A stretch of 64,000 nucleotides of DNA from an uncultured delta proteobacterium (GCA_963810935.1 CAWEPK010000016.1:148975-212974); one strand, 5' to 3'; numbered from the stretch's first letter, positions 32,691 to 43,319 are shown. Numbers and translations: made by a program. The notes: generated by a model from the sequence alone, not told the origin.

Positions 32691-32986
32691 ATGAGGAAGC
32701 TGATCGTCATTGTGGCCTCGCTTTTTCTTTTAGGAAACGCCTCGATAGCTTTCAGTCAAAGCGCAATTGTCAAGGAATATAAGGCAACGGTGAGCGGCAC
32801 TTTGGAATATGCTCGTATGCAATACTTCTTGAACGTCAAGAAGGGGGGGTCTACTGCATATTCTACGATGAGAAGAACCAAGAGGACCAACTACAGAGTC
32901 TCGTAGGTAAAACGGTTAAGCTAACCGGCAAGGTGAAGGTTTTCAAAGATGGGGACAAATGCATCGATGTGACAGCTACAAAGTGA
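32691..32986 (+). CDS. Small secreted protein (OB-fold-like); frameshift in a G7 run near 32845
   Basis: Signal peptide; alternate frame gives VYCIFYDEKNQEDQLQSLVGKTVKLTGKVKVFKDGDKCIDV. Confidence 0.55.
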
Positions 32987-33387
32987 CAGTAAAAAGTTCG
33001 GTATAAATATTCAATAAGAAGCTCGGGCACACAAAACCAACTTCAGTTGATAAAGCTACATCCACGTTGGTTTTCACTGGCAAGCCTACGGAGCTTCACT
33101 CCGCCCGTGAGCAACGGGTATTCTTACATCCCAGCCCCCGGAAGGGTTGCAGAATGTGGTTGCCCCCGGCAGGAAGCCGTAACCCCATGTGCGCCTCATC
33201 ACCCATCGAAAAGCACCTTCTGACTTCGGGTATACTAGTCTATAAGGGACGATACGGGCGGGCATAATAAAGTAAGTAGGTCTATTGAAAGAGGCGGGGA
33301 TTCGGCATACAATGAGGTGCTTGTACGGAATTCGGTGCTAAGACGCCCGGAAAACGGACGAGTTGGAGGCATGGGAAAGCGGCTGCG

Positions 33388-35258
33388 ATGAAAAGAGACC
33401 TTCCCACGGAGGATAACGGGCTCGCAGAGGTGACCGTCGAGCCGGGAGGCAGGGTAATCCGCGTGCGGCGCGGCACGACGTTGGCTGCCGCCGCCGGGCT
33501 GGCCGGCCTCGAGGTAGAGCTGCCGTGCGGAGGCAAGGGCAGGTGCTACAGGTGTGCCGCAGACGCGGAAGGAGAGCTGAGCGCCCTGTCGGCAGTCGAG
33601 AAATCGGCCATACGGCGCGGCTTGCTCCAACCCGGCCGGCGCCTGATGTGCCGGGCGAAGGTGCTGGGCAAGACAACGGTCCGCGTCCCCGAGACGGCCC
33701 TTTCGATATCCGCGCAGATCATGGAAGAGGGTTACGGCGCCGTTGCCTGCGAGCTCGATCCCGGCGTAAGGCGCATCCTCCTCGATCTTGCGCCTCCCGG
33801 TGCGGAAGACCAGGCGCCGGACAGGGAGCGCCTGGAGCGCGCGCTATCGAAGGCCGGCGTGGCGAGGCCCGTGTTCGGGTTGCCCGTCCTGCGCAACCTC
33901 GCCGAATACGCTTAGGGATGCTCGTTCAAATGCGCGGTCACTCTTATAGGCGACGAGGTCGTCGATGTGCGGTCGCAGCCGGGCGGCGGCCTTCTCGGCA
34001 TGGCCTTCGATATCGGGACGACCACCGTGGTAGGTTACCTCATCGACCTGACGTCCGGCCGCGAGCTGGCCGTTGCTTCGGCCTTGAATCCGCAGGTCCG
34101 CCACGGCTTCGACGTCATATCGCGTATAGTTTACGGCATCGAGGAACCTGACGGTGTCGAGACGCTGAGCAGGCTCATCAGGGACCTGATTGGCCGCCTT
34201 ATAGGCGAGGCGTGCACCCGCGCAGGGGTAAGCAGCAGCGACGTGTACGAGATCTGCGTTGCAGGCAATACCACGATGACGCACCTTTTCCTGGGGATCG
34301 ACCCGCACTATCTCGGCCTTGCGCCGTATGTTCCGGTGACCAGCGAGGCGGTCGAGGTGAAGGCCGGGACGCTGGGGCTTCCCATGCACCCCGGGGGTAG
34401 CGTATACGTCCTGCCCGGCATCGGCGGATTTATCGGCGCCGACACGACCGGAGTGATCGTTTCTACGCGATTCGAAGACGACCGGGGAGCCGGCCTTGCG
34501 ATCGATATAGGCACGAACGGAGAAGTGGTCGGCCGGGACAAGTTCGGCCGTCTCTTCGCCCTTTCTACAGCCGCAGGACCTGCCTTCGAAGGTTCCAGGA
34601 TATCGGGCGGCCTCCGGGGCATGAAAGGGGCTATTGAGGGGATGAGCGCATCGGGGTCGGAGCTTTCGGTCAGGACCATAGGAGGGGCCGATGCGGTAGG
34701 CATATGCGGCTCTGGACTGGTCGATGCGCTGGCGGTGATGCGCAATGCCGACGTGCTGGATGAGACAGGCCGGCTGGTCGGTCATGATGAAAAATCGCCA
34801 GTGGAGGGACTCGGCCGGCGCGTTGTCCGCGGTCTGTCCGGCCCAGAGTTCGTGATTGTCGAAGGCGGACGGAACGGCGTGCATGTCGCTGTCACCCAGA
34901 AAGACATAAGGGAGCTGCAACTGGCCAAGGGCGCCATAACAGCGGGGATCAAGATCATGCTTGCCAGGATGGGCGTCAACGAGGCCGACCTTAAGGAAGT
35001 GCTCCTTGCCGGGGCGTTCGGCAATTACATCGACAAGGCCAACGCCCGCTCTATAGGCCTGCTGCCGAACGTTTCTCTCGATTTGATCAAGCCCGTCGGC
35101 AACGCCGCGGGCGTTGGCGCCAAGCACGCCCTTCTATCGAAGAAGGTGCGGGACCGGGCGCAGTTGCGATGGCCCGGCGTGTAAAAGTTATAAATCTTTC
35201 CTATACGCATGAATTCCAGAAAAGCTTCCTGGAAGGCATGTCCCTGAAAGAAACATAG
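33388..35258 (+). CDS. ASKHA-family reductive activator of corrinoid proteins (RACo/RamA-like, DUF4445) with N-terminal 2Fe-2S domain; indels near 33900-33918 and 35165
   Basis: LPCGGKGRCYRC...RLMC; AFDIGTTT, IDIGTNGE, AAGPAFEG, GICGSG, VTQKDIRELQLAKGAI, AGAFG, GNAAG.GA. C-terminus recovered in shifted frame (RRVKVINLS...FQKSFLEGM). Confidence 0.88.
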
Positions 35259-35595
35259 CCGAAAAGCCTGCGCGCCGGTGCTTCCGCTGCCGCGAGATGA
35301 ATAACCTCCCCGGTCGCTTTTCAATAGGTTTAAGTTTTGTGAATATAGGTGATGAAGAGGTGGCGGGTCGTCTTGCGGGGTATGGGCGGGGCGTGCCGGG
35401 GAGGCATCAAAAATCTACGATGTGAGCCATGCGATCTATGGCGTAGGTGCTTTGTCTTTTTATATCGGCTGACCGATCGGACTTAGGGATTATTCCAGCA
35501 CGTCTTTACGCAGCAGCTCGCGCAGTGGTGACTCTTGTTGCCCGATTGTAAGGAATCGACGCTTCTGCGGTGCGCGGCGGTGTTCTTCGGCTCTG

Positions 35596-36597
35596 TCAGC
35601 GCCGTCCGACCTGTATATTATCTTCGAGCCTTCGTTCTCGAGCCTGAATGCGACTTCCGTGAAGTCCGTTTAGCGCCTCTCTGATCTTTTGTTTGTTCTC
35701 GGGGGCCGTCAGGAAGAAAAAGAAGGCGCTTCCGTCTGTCCCGGTCAGCTTTCCTCCGTATGCGCCTGCGCCGGTTGCGGCACTGTATATCTCATCGGCA
35801 TACGAGCCGGCGGTCCGCGGGTTGAGAGATTTCTTCAGGGACCACGTCTCGTGAAGAAGGCTTCCGAGGGCTTTTGCCATTTCCTGCGGGCTTTCGTCGG
35901 AAATGATCGTCTCGGCCTCGGAAACGATCCGGGAAGAACGGTGCGCGGTTCTATCGTTGCGCCGTTCTTTTACGGTTCGGTACTGCTCGCCCGCAGCTTC
36001 TCCGCCGCAGCGGGTAGGGCCGGCGTAAAAACCGATGAGGCTATCGTTGAGGTACTCATGCTTTTCTCTCGATATCGCCACCGAACGAACGAAGGTGCCT
36101 GACCGCTGGAACTCGATAGTATTCAATCCGCCAAAAGCGCATATGAACTGGTCGCTGCATCCGGTGCCTTCTTTTGCAAGCCGCTGTTCTATGTGGACCG
36201 CTTCCTCGGCCAGTTGCTGTTTCGGGATATTTTTCCCTTCCAGTCCATAGAGCGCGTTGAGGAGCCCCACGGTAAAGGATGCCGGAGAGCCCAGGCCCAT
36301 CCCGGCCGGGGGATCGGCGAATATATGGATGTCGAGGTTGGTGTGGCCGTCCTTGAACTTCAGTGTCTCTCTCACGCCGGGGTGGGCGATCTCTTCGACG
36401 CTGCCGATCAGCTCGGCCTCCGAATACCCCAGCCTTATCCGGTATTCAAAGAACTTGCTCAGCCTGTTGACGCTCACGTAAGTGAACTTGTTTATGGTCG
36501 CGCCCATCATCGCCCTGCCTTCTTTTTCGAGGCTTTCCCCATAATGGACCGCGCCGTCAAAAAACGTCAGGGTCACGGGCGTCCTTGTTATTATCAT
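35596..36597 (-). CDS. Degenerate GHMP sugar kinase (HddA-like heptose-7-phosphate kinase); frameshift near 35660
   Basis: MIITRTP, TINKF, GLGS, DQF..AFGGLN.IEF, GAYGGKL. The conserved end VAFRLENEGSKIIY appears in a shifted frame. Confidence 0.75.
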   Translation of the reverse strand: MIITRTPVTLTFFDGAVHYGESLEKEGRAMMGATINKFTYVSVNRLSKFFEYRIRLGYSEAELIGSVEEIAHPGVRETLKFKDGHTNLDIHIFADPPAGMGLGSPASFTVGLLNALYGLEGKNIPKQQLAEEAVHIEQRLAKEGTGCSDQFICAFGGLNTIEFQRSGTFVRSVAISREKHEYLNDSLIGFYAGPTRCGGEAAGEQYRTVKERRNDRTAHRSSRIVSEAETIISDESPQEMAKALGSLLHETWSLKKSLNPRTAGSYADEIYSAATGAGAYGGKLTGTDGSAFFFFLTAPENKQKIREALNGLHGSRIQARERRLEDNIQVGRR

Positions 36598-37087
36598 TCG
36601 CTGTCCCTTTCTTGTTTTTACGATTTTGTGTTCCCCGCCCGGCCATAGTGAAATTGAAGGGCGGAAGTATGGAGGGGCTGGATGCGCCGGAAACCCCCTG
36701 GCGTCCGCAGACTATACGCCGCATCCAGCCCAGGTCAGCAATTATCGGGGTTTAAGCTTCGGTCGCCGGGCCGCAGGCCCCCCTTAAAGAAACGGCCGGA
36801 GAGAGTGGGGGCGCCGGACGCGAAAAGGAGCGGGCACCGGAACTGGCGAACCCGGCCCTTTCACGTCCGGCTTTCTGCGGGGATAGTGGGGCGGTTTGAG
36901 GGGGATGTGAAACGTCAATACCGCGAAGGAGTTGCGGTTGACGTGGGTGCCGATCTCGCAGAATGTAGTGTATATTGCTTCCCGTGAAGCCAAACAAGCC
37001 TCCGAAGCGGCCGGGCCGGCCGCCGTCAACTCCGGCCGGCCCGGTAACATGATGGGGGAGGGTGACGATGGATATTTCATCCTGACT

Positions 37088-37294
37088 TTATTCTCTGGTA
37101 GGCTTCAGGCCGTCGATGAGCTTTGTGATGGACCCCCGGTAAATCCGTAAGGAGCCCCTCACTTTGATCCCGGTGATCGATCCCTGCCGGTACCATCGGT
37201 ACACGGTTTTCAGGGAAACACTCAGGAATACTGCCACATCGCGCGGTCTGAGCAAGGTCTTGTCGGGCAGGTCCTGGAACTTCTCGGTATCCAT
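37088..37294 (-). CDS. Excisionase-type (HTH_17) DNA-binding protein
   Basis: LLRPRDVAVFLSVSLKTVYRWYRQGSI.GIKV..SLRI.R.SI; RBS AAGGAGG. Confidence 0.82.
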   Translation of the reverse strand: MDTEKFQDLPDKTLLRPRDVAVFLSVSLKTVYRWYRQGSITGIKVRGSLRIYRGSITKLIDGLKPTRE

Positions 37295-37352
37295 TGTACC
37301 TCCTTGAGGCTCTGACATCCGCCTGCAAATAGGAACGATAGGCAGGAGGCCA

Positions 37353-37793
37353 TCATCGGACGGGCGGGGCTGCCTCGCGCCCGGCGGACTTGATCAGGAG
37401 CAGAAGGTTTGCCGGGTCGAAAGGCTTGGCCAGAAAGGCATAAGCGCCCTTACGAATCGCGTCCTCTCGCGTCTCTTCGCTGGATGTACCACTCATCATG
37501 ATGATAGCCGTGTCGCGATTCTCCTTCTTGATGGCCTCCAGGACACCCAGACCGTCCAGATCGTCCCCGAGGCACAAATCGAGCACTACGATGTTAAATG
37601 GAACCTGACCGAACTTATCGATCGCTTCCCGGCCGCTCGACGCCAATGTCGAGCGCAGGCCATTGGCGCTAAGCCATGAGGAAAGCAGGCCGAGGATAGC
37701 CTCATCGTCATCTACGAGGAGTATCGACGGGTCCTCGCGCTCGTTCTCACGACCCCGGAACAGACGACCTGTTTGTGTTTTTCCCTGTTTCAT
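37353..37793 (-). CDS. Single-domain response regulator receiver
   Basis: ILLVDDD, VVLDLCL, IIMMSG, FLAKPF. Confidence 0.9.
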   Translation of the reverse strand: MKQGKTQTGRLFRGRENEREDPSILLVDDDEAILGLLSSWLSANGLRSTLASSGREAIDKFGQVPFNIVVLDLCLGDDLDGLGVLEAIKKENRDTAIIMMSGTSSEETREDAIRKGAYAFLAKPFDPANLLLLIKSAGREAAPPVR

Positions 37794-37794
37794 A

Positions 37795-37879
37795 CAGTTA
37801 TTGGGGCTTAAGCGCCCCCTCCATGGGCGAAGCCCGTCGGGGCGCCCGCTTTGCGGGTCGTCCCCTCTCGGCGCTTCGC
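37795..37879 (-). repeat. Dispersed structured repeat, copy A
   Basis: Near-identical reverse complement of 38524-38604; shares GGAGGGGGCGCT..GCCCCAATAA with 38581-38808 and 45381-45487. Confidence 0.85.
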
Positions 37880-38041
37880 ATCAGGGCTGCGGACAAAAAG
37901 CTTGCCCGTCGGGTTGCCGCCGTATGAAGGCGGTCCTCAAAAGACGGCCGAAGAACAACCAACGCGCGCCCGGCGGATGGATAGGCTACCGCCCTTGAAG
38001 AAAGCACATGTATCCCTGAACCACGTGTCGATCCAGGAGTG

Positions 38042-38248
38042 CTATCTGTCGGGTCCGGCGCCGTCCAATAAGGTCAGAATCGAGCCCCGGCTTATCCTCA
38101 GGGATTTGTTTATCCTTATCCCCTCGATAAGACCGAGATCGAACCAACGGTAAACAGTCCGTTCCGATACGCGTAAGAAAGAAGCGACTTCACTCGGCCT
38201 AAGCATTGTCCTTAGCGGTAACTCTGTTCGTACAGTCGGCTCATTCAT
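38042..38248 (-). CDS. Second excisionase-type (HTH_17) DNA-binding protein
   Basis: MLRPSEVASFLRVSERTVYRWFDLGLIEGIRINKSLRISRGSI; clear paralog of 37088-37294. Confidence 0.82.
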   Translation of the reverse strand: MNEPTVRTELPLRTMLRPSEVASFLRVSERTVYRWFDLGLIEGIRINKSLRISRGSILTLLDGAGPDR

Positions 38249-38523
38249 AGCGTCCCATTTCCCTTACCCTTGATCCGGTGACAGCCGGATTTGCGTATAA
38301 TATCATTCGTGAAAATCGCGAGTCTAAGACATGTGACCTGAATGTCGCCGGTGTCTGAAAACATTATGTAGATACCGGGGAAATACGGGATACGCAGGGG
38401 AGGGACGAATGTTGTCGTCTGTTTCAGTGTGTCCCGGCTAAAGCAATCATGTGCCTGGAAAGGTATGGTGAAGCAACGTGCATCACAGACGGGTACGGCG
38501 GAATGTCAAAGCGAGTGTATGAG

Positions 38524-38808
38524 CAGCGACGAGGGCGGACGACCCGCAAAGCGGGCGCCCCGACGGGCTTTGCCCGTGGAGGGGGCGCTGAGCCCCAATA
38601 ATTGCCGCTGCACCTCAGCGGCAATAAAGCAAGCGCAGCGCCGCGCCGAGCGGGGAGGCTCCATGCGGCTGATGCCGCTGGAGGGGCGCTGAGCCCCAAT
38701 AATTGCCGCTGCACCTCAGCGGCAATAAAGCAAGCGAAGCGCCGCGCCGAGCGGGGAGGCTCCATGCGGCTGATGCCGCTGGAGGGGGCGCTGAGCCCCA
38801 ATAATTGC
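38524..38808 (+). repeat. Cluster of the structured repeat: copy B plus two tandem units of 101-102 bp
   Basis: CGCTGAGCCCCAATAATTGC starts at 38586, 38687 and 38789; the intervening units are nearly identical. Confidence 0.92.
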
Positions 38809-38819
38809 TTGAACCCCAA

Positions 38820-40559
38820 TTATGGCAGCAAGAGCGGAACGAGGCGCTTGTTCTTTATGTCGGCAAGACCTTTGTCCGTGATCCTGAGGAACGGCAGTCC
38901 TGTGAACGGGATCGTCTGGAGCGCCAGAAACGGCTTCTCCATCGTGACCCCTATAGCGGCCATCGCTCCGTCAAGCTCCATTGTCCTGCGGGCTATCTCT
39001 TCCATCGGTGCTTCGGAAAGAAGGCTGTAGACGGGCATTGCCAGCTCATAGACGATGCGGCCCTCCTTCGAGACGACGATGCCGCCCTGTAGGTCGATCA
39101 GGCGGTTGACGGCATTTGCCATGTCCGCCTCGTCGCTACCCACCGCCAGTATGTTGCACGTATCCCAGACGAAGGTGGTGGCGAAGGCGCCGCTGCATAC
39201 GCCCGTGCCCGTTATGAATCCCTTTCCCATCCGTTTTCCGCTGCCCCTCGATATGACGGCTGCCGGCACGATATCCTTCGCCAGGTCTTTCTGAAGGAAA
39301 CCGCCTTCGCTCCGGAGTACCGCTTCGGTCTCGCGAGTGATGGTTGCGTTGACGAGGTGGATCACGCGCACGCGCTTCGCGCCCGGTTCTGCGGATATGC
39401 GGAAATCATCTGAAGTCACCTTATCCGTCTTCACCGTGTGCTTCATCGCCTCCGGGTAACGATAGGCAGGTGGGCGCCCCTTGAAATCGCGGTCGATCAC
39501 GATCATCTCCCCATTGCACATGACATGGCGCACGGAGACTTCGGCCAGGCCGTCTAGGAAAAGTATGTCCGCTTTGCGCATCGGGGCGATGGCCCCGAGG
39601 TGGCGCAGGCGGTAATAGTCGGCCGGGTTGATGGTCGCCATTTTGATGGCGTCTATCGGGTTGAACCCGTATTCGATCGCCGTCCTCACAACTACGTCCA
39701 TGTAGCCCTGCCCGACGAGCATCGTCGCGTCGAACGTGTCGGACACGAGGATGAGCCTCCTCGTGTCCACGTTCATGTCCTTGAGCGCCGACAGGGCCGG
39801 CAGCTCCTTCCGTACGAAGCCTTCCCTTATCATGACGTAGATGCCGTACTTCAGCCTCTCTGCCGCCTCGTCCGCGGTGATCGATTCATGGTCGGAAGTT
39901 ATACCGGTTACAATGTACTGGACGAGCTTCGGCCCTTTGGCCCCCGCACCGTGGCCTTCGAGTGTCTTTCCCATTGAGAGCGCCATGCTTGCCTGCTCCA
40001 GCACGCGGTCGTCCCCTTCGACGATCCTGGTCCAGTAGGCTTCACCTATGCCGAGGACGTCGTCCCGCCGCAGCACCTTTTCGAACTCTTCGAGGCTTAA
40101 GCCTACGGCGGTCTCCATCTCCGGGAAGGGCGGGGTCAGGGGCGGGGCGAGGAAGTAGCAGCGCAATGGGTGGCCCTTCGTGCTGTCGTAAAAGGATTCG
40201 AGTGCCTCCATCCCGGAGGACGTCCCTACCATGCCGCTTTCGGAGACGCAGCAGGTCGTTCCGCCTTTCAGGGCAAAAGGGACCAGCTCGCAGAACGTGT
40301 ATATGTTGTCGAGGTGAGTGTGCGCGTCGATAAAGCCGGGGCAAAGGTAGCGGCCCCCGGCGTCGATTATTTCCGTCGAAGCTTCCGTGCGCATCTCTTC
40401 GCCGACTCCCACGATGAAGCCGTCTTTGATCGATACGACGGCGCCCTCGTCTACGCTATTCGTGAAGACGTTGATTATCTTCCCGTTCCCGATTACCTTA
40501 TCCGCAGGTATCTCGCCCTTTGCACAGAGCAGAAGATTCTTGAGCGTCGTCTTATCCAT
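38820..40559 (-). CDS. ade: Adenine deaminase
   Basis: PGFIDAHTH, EGH, SDHE, MIREG, MATINPA, G.IAP..KADI, C-terminal adenine deaminase domain. Confidence 0.88.
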   Translation of the reverse strand: MDKTTLKNLLLCAKGEIPADKVIGNGKIINVFTNSVDEGAVVSIKDGFIVGVGEEMRTEASTEIIDAGGRYLCPGFIDAHTHLDNIYTFCELVPFALKGGTTCCVSESGMVGTSSGMEALESFYDSTKGHPLRCYFLAPPLTPPFPEMETAVGLSLEEFEKVLRRDDVLGIGEAYWTRIVEGDDRVLEQASMALSMGKTLEGHGAGAKGPKLVQYIVTGITSDHESITADEAAERLKYGIYVMIREGFVRKELPALSALKDMNVDTRRLILVSDTFDATMLVGQGYMDVVVRTAIEYGFNPIDAIKMATINPADYYRLRHLGAIAPMRKADILFLDGLAEVSVRHVMCNGEMIVIDRDFKGRPPAYRYPEAMKHTVKTDKVTSDDFRISAEPGAKRVRVIHLVNATITRETEAVLRSEGGFLQKDLAKDIVPAAVISRGSGKRMGKGFITGTGVCSGAFATTFVWDTCNILAVGSDEADMANAVNRLIDLQGGIVVSKEGRIVYELAMPVYSLLSEAPMEEIARRTMELDGAMAAIGVTMEKPFLALQTIPFTGLPFLRITDKGLADIKNKRLVPLLLP

Positions 40560-41092
40560 CCTGTCCCCCAGAGATTTTGATTTGCTTACGGAAGCAGAGC
40601 GGGCAGACATGCCTGACGGCGTCCGTCCGGCGCTCTATCAACCGAAAGTATGCCATAAGCGAACTCTTTGTGACAAGCAAGAAGCCGATGGCCGTCCCGC
40701 GCACACGGCAACGGTCGTTTTTCGCTTTTCGAGACCGCGCCGTAAGGCAGCCGGCCGAGGGAAATTATGGAATGCCGCCTTGCTTCCGTGGTATACTGGT
40801 ACGCCAATGAGCGCAGTGCTGCGGCAATGCCGCCGTGATGAACATTCCCACTTCGAGACCCTGTCCGGGCAGGATCCCCGATTTTCAACATGTTATGCGG
40901 GTGAACGCCCTCGCCGGGCCGGAAACGGCTTTGCCGTGCCTCATGGGCATGGACATGCGTTTTCAGCAGGAAATAGTCGCCGAAAGTGTATAATTCTCTT
41001 GTTTTGAGTATTATATTGTAGTATATGCATTAAAGAGCGCTGTGAACGAGTACGGCGAAGAAAGGAATGCCAATTGAAAGGAGGTGAACAGA

Positions 41093-41323
41093 ATGAAGAA
41101 ACTGTTAGTGCTGTTTATAGCTATTTCGTTTTTCTCATGCTTTACGTTGGTCGCCTGCGGACCTTCGGGCGAGCAGAAGGCGCCTGCGGCTAAAGAGGAG
41201 GCTAAGCCTGCTCCTGCGCCTGAAAAGGCAGCACCTGCTCCGGGTGAGCCGGCAAAGCCAGGTGAAGCGCCTGCCCCGGCACCTGCCCCGGCACCTGCAC
41301 CGGCACCTGCACCGGCAAAATAG
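41093..41323 (+). CDS. Small Pro/Ala-rich lipoprotein
   Basis: MKKLLV signal, LVAC lipobox, (AP)n tail encoded by 12-bp tandem repeats (GCACCTGC[CA]CCG). Confidence 0.75.
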   Translation: MKKLLVLFIAISFFSCFTLVACGPSGEQKAPAAKEEAKPAPAPEKAAPAPGEPAKPGEAPAPAPAPAPAPAPAPAK

Positions 41324-41393
41324 TTCGGCTTTTATTTAAGGGGGGTATGTCCGTGTGTACGGATATACCCCTGATTTAAGAAGGAGGATGAGC

Positions 41394-41931
41394 ATGAAAA
41401 TCAAATCTTTTGGTCTTGTGCTCTTGATTGCTATGCTGGGGTTAAGCCTCGCGGCATGCGGATGCTTCCAACAGAAGATGAGAGGTGAAGCAGCACCGCC
41501 CGCAGCACCGGAGCAAAAGACAGTTGTAGCGCCTGAGCAGAAAGAACAGGTCGTAGTGAATAAAGAGGGCGCCGGCGCCGCAGTCGCAGCCCCCATGGTT
41601 GCCGGGCTTGCCGATGTATACTTCGATTTCGACAAGTACAACATCCGGCCGGGCGACGCCGACATACTGAAGAAGGACTATGGCATGCTGGCGTCTAACA
41701 GCCGGCAAGGTGAGGATCGAAGGCAATTGCGACGAGAGAGGAACCGTCGAGTATAACCTGGCCCTCGGGCAGAAAAGGGCCGACGCGGCGAAAGCCTACC
41801 TCGTAAACCTGGGCGTCGACGGGAAACGTCTGGAGACGGTCAGCTACGGAAAAGAGAAACCGGTAGACCCGGGTCACAATGAAGAGGCGTGGGCGAAGAA
41901 CAGAAGAGACCACTTCACCTCGCTTCAGTAA
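41394..41931 (+). CDS. pal: Peptidoglycan-associated lipoprotein (OmpA-like domain); frameshift near 41690
   Basis: VYFDFDK in one frame; [22 protein letters not shown]...SYGKEKP...KNRR in the next. Confidence 0.9.
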
Positions 41932-41971
41932 TTAGCGCATAGTAAGAAACGAACGACCGAGACGAAAGCGC

Positions 41972-41998
41972 GGAGGGTAACCCCCTTACCCTCCTTTT
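41972..41998 (+). terminator. Intrinsic terminator after pal
   Basis: GGAGGGTAA-CCCCC-TTACCCTCC followed by TTTT. Confidence 0.75.
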
Positions 41999-42128
41999 GC
42001 TTTTTCAGCCCCGGAGACAGGCACTCATTAGCACACACGCAAAAGGCGGCCGGGCGAGAGAAAGGTGCGGCCGGTCGCCCGGCACCACGTTTCAAACGCA
42101 GCCACGACAGCCGCGCAAATGAAGCCCC

Positions 42129-43196
42129 ATGATCGATAAATCCGTTTCGGAAGTCGAAGCCCTTGCCCGTCTGATAAAACTGGACAATGATTCGAAAGAA
42201 GAAATAAATGCGGTAAAGTCTGTTTATCCCTTCAGGGTGCCCCTGTTTTACGCGGGCCTGATGGAAAAGGGGAACCCTGACTGCCCTATACGGCTGCAGG
42301 CGGTGCCTTCAGCCCTGGAGCTGCGAAAAACAGGCAGTGCCGACCCGCTCGGAGAGCGGCAGATCGCCGCCACACCCTCCTTTTTCAAGCGCTACCCGGG
42401 CCGCGGTGTCTTCCTCGTTACATCGGAATGCGCCATGTTCTGCCGTTTTTGCAACCGGAAGCGGCTCGTGGGAAAGGGGTTCAGGCCGGAGGACTCCAGG
42501 GAAGAGACGCTCGATTACCTCGCGAAGTCCGACGAGATAAGAGAAGTAATCCTTTCGGGCGGGGACCCCCTCATGTGCGGGGCCGCCGAGCTGGAATACG
42601 TGCTGGGGCGGCTGCGAGGTATCGGCCGGATACGGGTGATAAGGGTGAGCACGAGGGCGCCCGTCGTCTTTCCGGAGGTCGTTGACGGCCACTTTAATGC
42701 CTTCAAGCGGTACGGCCCCATCTGGCTCATCGTCCATATCAACCATCCGAGGGAGGTCACGCCGGAATTCACCCGCGCGGTAAAGAAGGCGCAGGAGGCG
42801 GGCGCAATCGTAATAAGCCAGACCGTTCTCCTCCGTAAGGTCAATGACTGCGTCCATATCCTTGCGCGCCTCTTCGAGACGCTGGTGCAACTGGGCGTAC
42901 GGCCGTACTACCTGTTTCAGCTCGACGACGTCCTCGGGGCGACCCATTTCAAGGTGCGCCTCGATACGGGCACAGGGATCATGCGCTCCCTGAGAAAGTC
43001 CGTCTCCGGCCTCGCCCTTCCCTGTTATGCCCTCGATATAACGGGGGGCCTGGGTAAGATACCTTTGGAGGCAGGCTACGTTATGGAGAGGGAGGATCAG
43101 CGCGTGCGCATGGAAAACCTTTACGGCGAGAGCGGCGCCTACACGGACGACGGAGAAGAGTCGGCCTGCAACGCCTGCGCCGTCTGCCACAAGTAG
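42129..43196 (+). CDS. KamA-family radical SAM enzyme (lysine 2,3-aminomutase-like)
   Basis: CPIRLQ.VP, DPLGE, CAMFCRFCNRKR, LSGGDPL, HINHPRE, PYYLFQ.D, GG.GKIPL. Confidence 0.9.
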   Translation: MIDKSVSEVEALARLIKLDNDSKEEINAVKSVYPFRVPLFYAGLMEKGNPDCPIRLQAVPSALELRKTGSADPLGERQIAATPSFFKRYPGRGVFLVTSECAMFCRFCNRKRLVGKGFRPEDSREETLDYLAKSDEIREVILSGGDPLMCGAAELEYVLGRLRGIGRIRVIRVSTRAPVVFPEVVDGHFNAFKRYGPIWLIVHINHPREVTPEFTRAVKKAQEAGAIVISQTVLLRKVNDCVHILARLFETLVQLGVRPYYLFQLDDVLGATHFKVRLDTGTGIMRSLRKSVSGLALPCYALDITGGLGKIPLEAGYVMEREDQRVRMENLYGESGAYTDDGEESACNACAVCHK

Positions 43197-43319
43197 GCCC
43201 GTCCGCTTAATTTCCCGAGTTATTCATTCTCATCTTCCTTCCTTAGCCCGCACGGGTCTTCAGGACGATTGCATACAGACGCGCGATTGGGTTACGATTA
43301 TCGAGGAGGGGGGAACTTT

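Noticed and set aside
32843..32849. G7 tract as a phase-variation switch
   Set aside because: The run is short and homopolymer miscalls fit the other indels in this window.
33060..33380. Possible cobalamin riboswitch upstream of the corrinoid activator
   Set aside because: No recognisable B12-box or GCCACTG/GGGAAG core arrangement.
33913..33915. In-frame TAG in the corrinoid activator as possible pyrrolysine
   Set aside because: An alternative frame gives the family-typical LPNTLR, so two compensating indels explain it better; no pyl genes are visible.
36650..37080. Short ORFs between the kinase and the HTH gene
   Set aside because: Pro/Arg-rich, no motifs and no convincing RBS.
38581..38808. 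Possible CRISPR array (three copies of a roughly 25-bp motif)
   Set aside because: The intervening sequences are near-identical and about 75 bp long, not unique spacers, and no cas genes are present.
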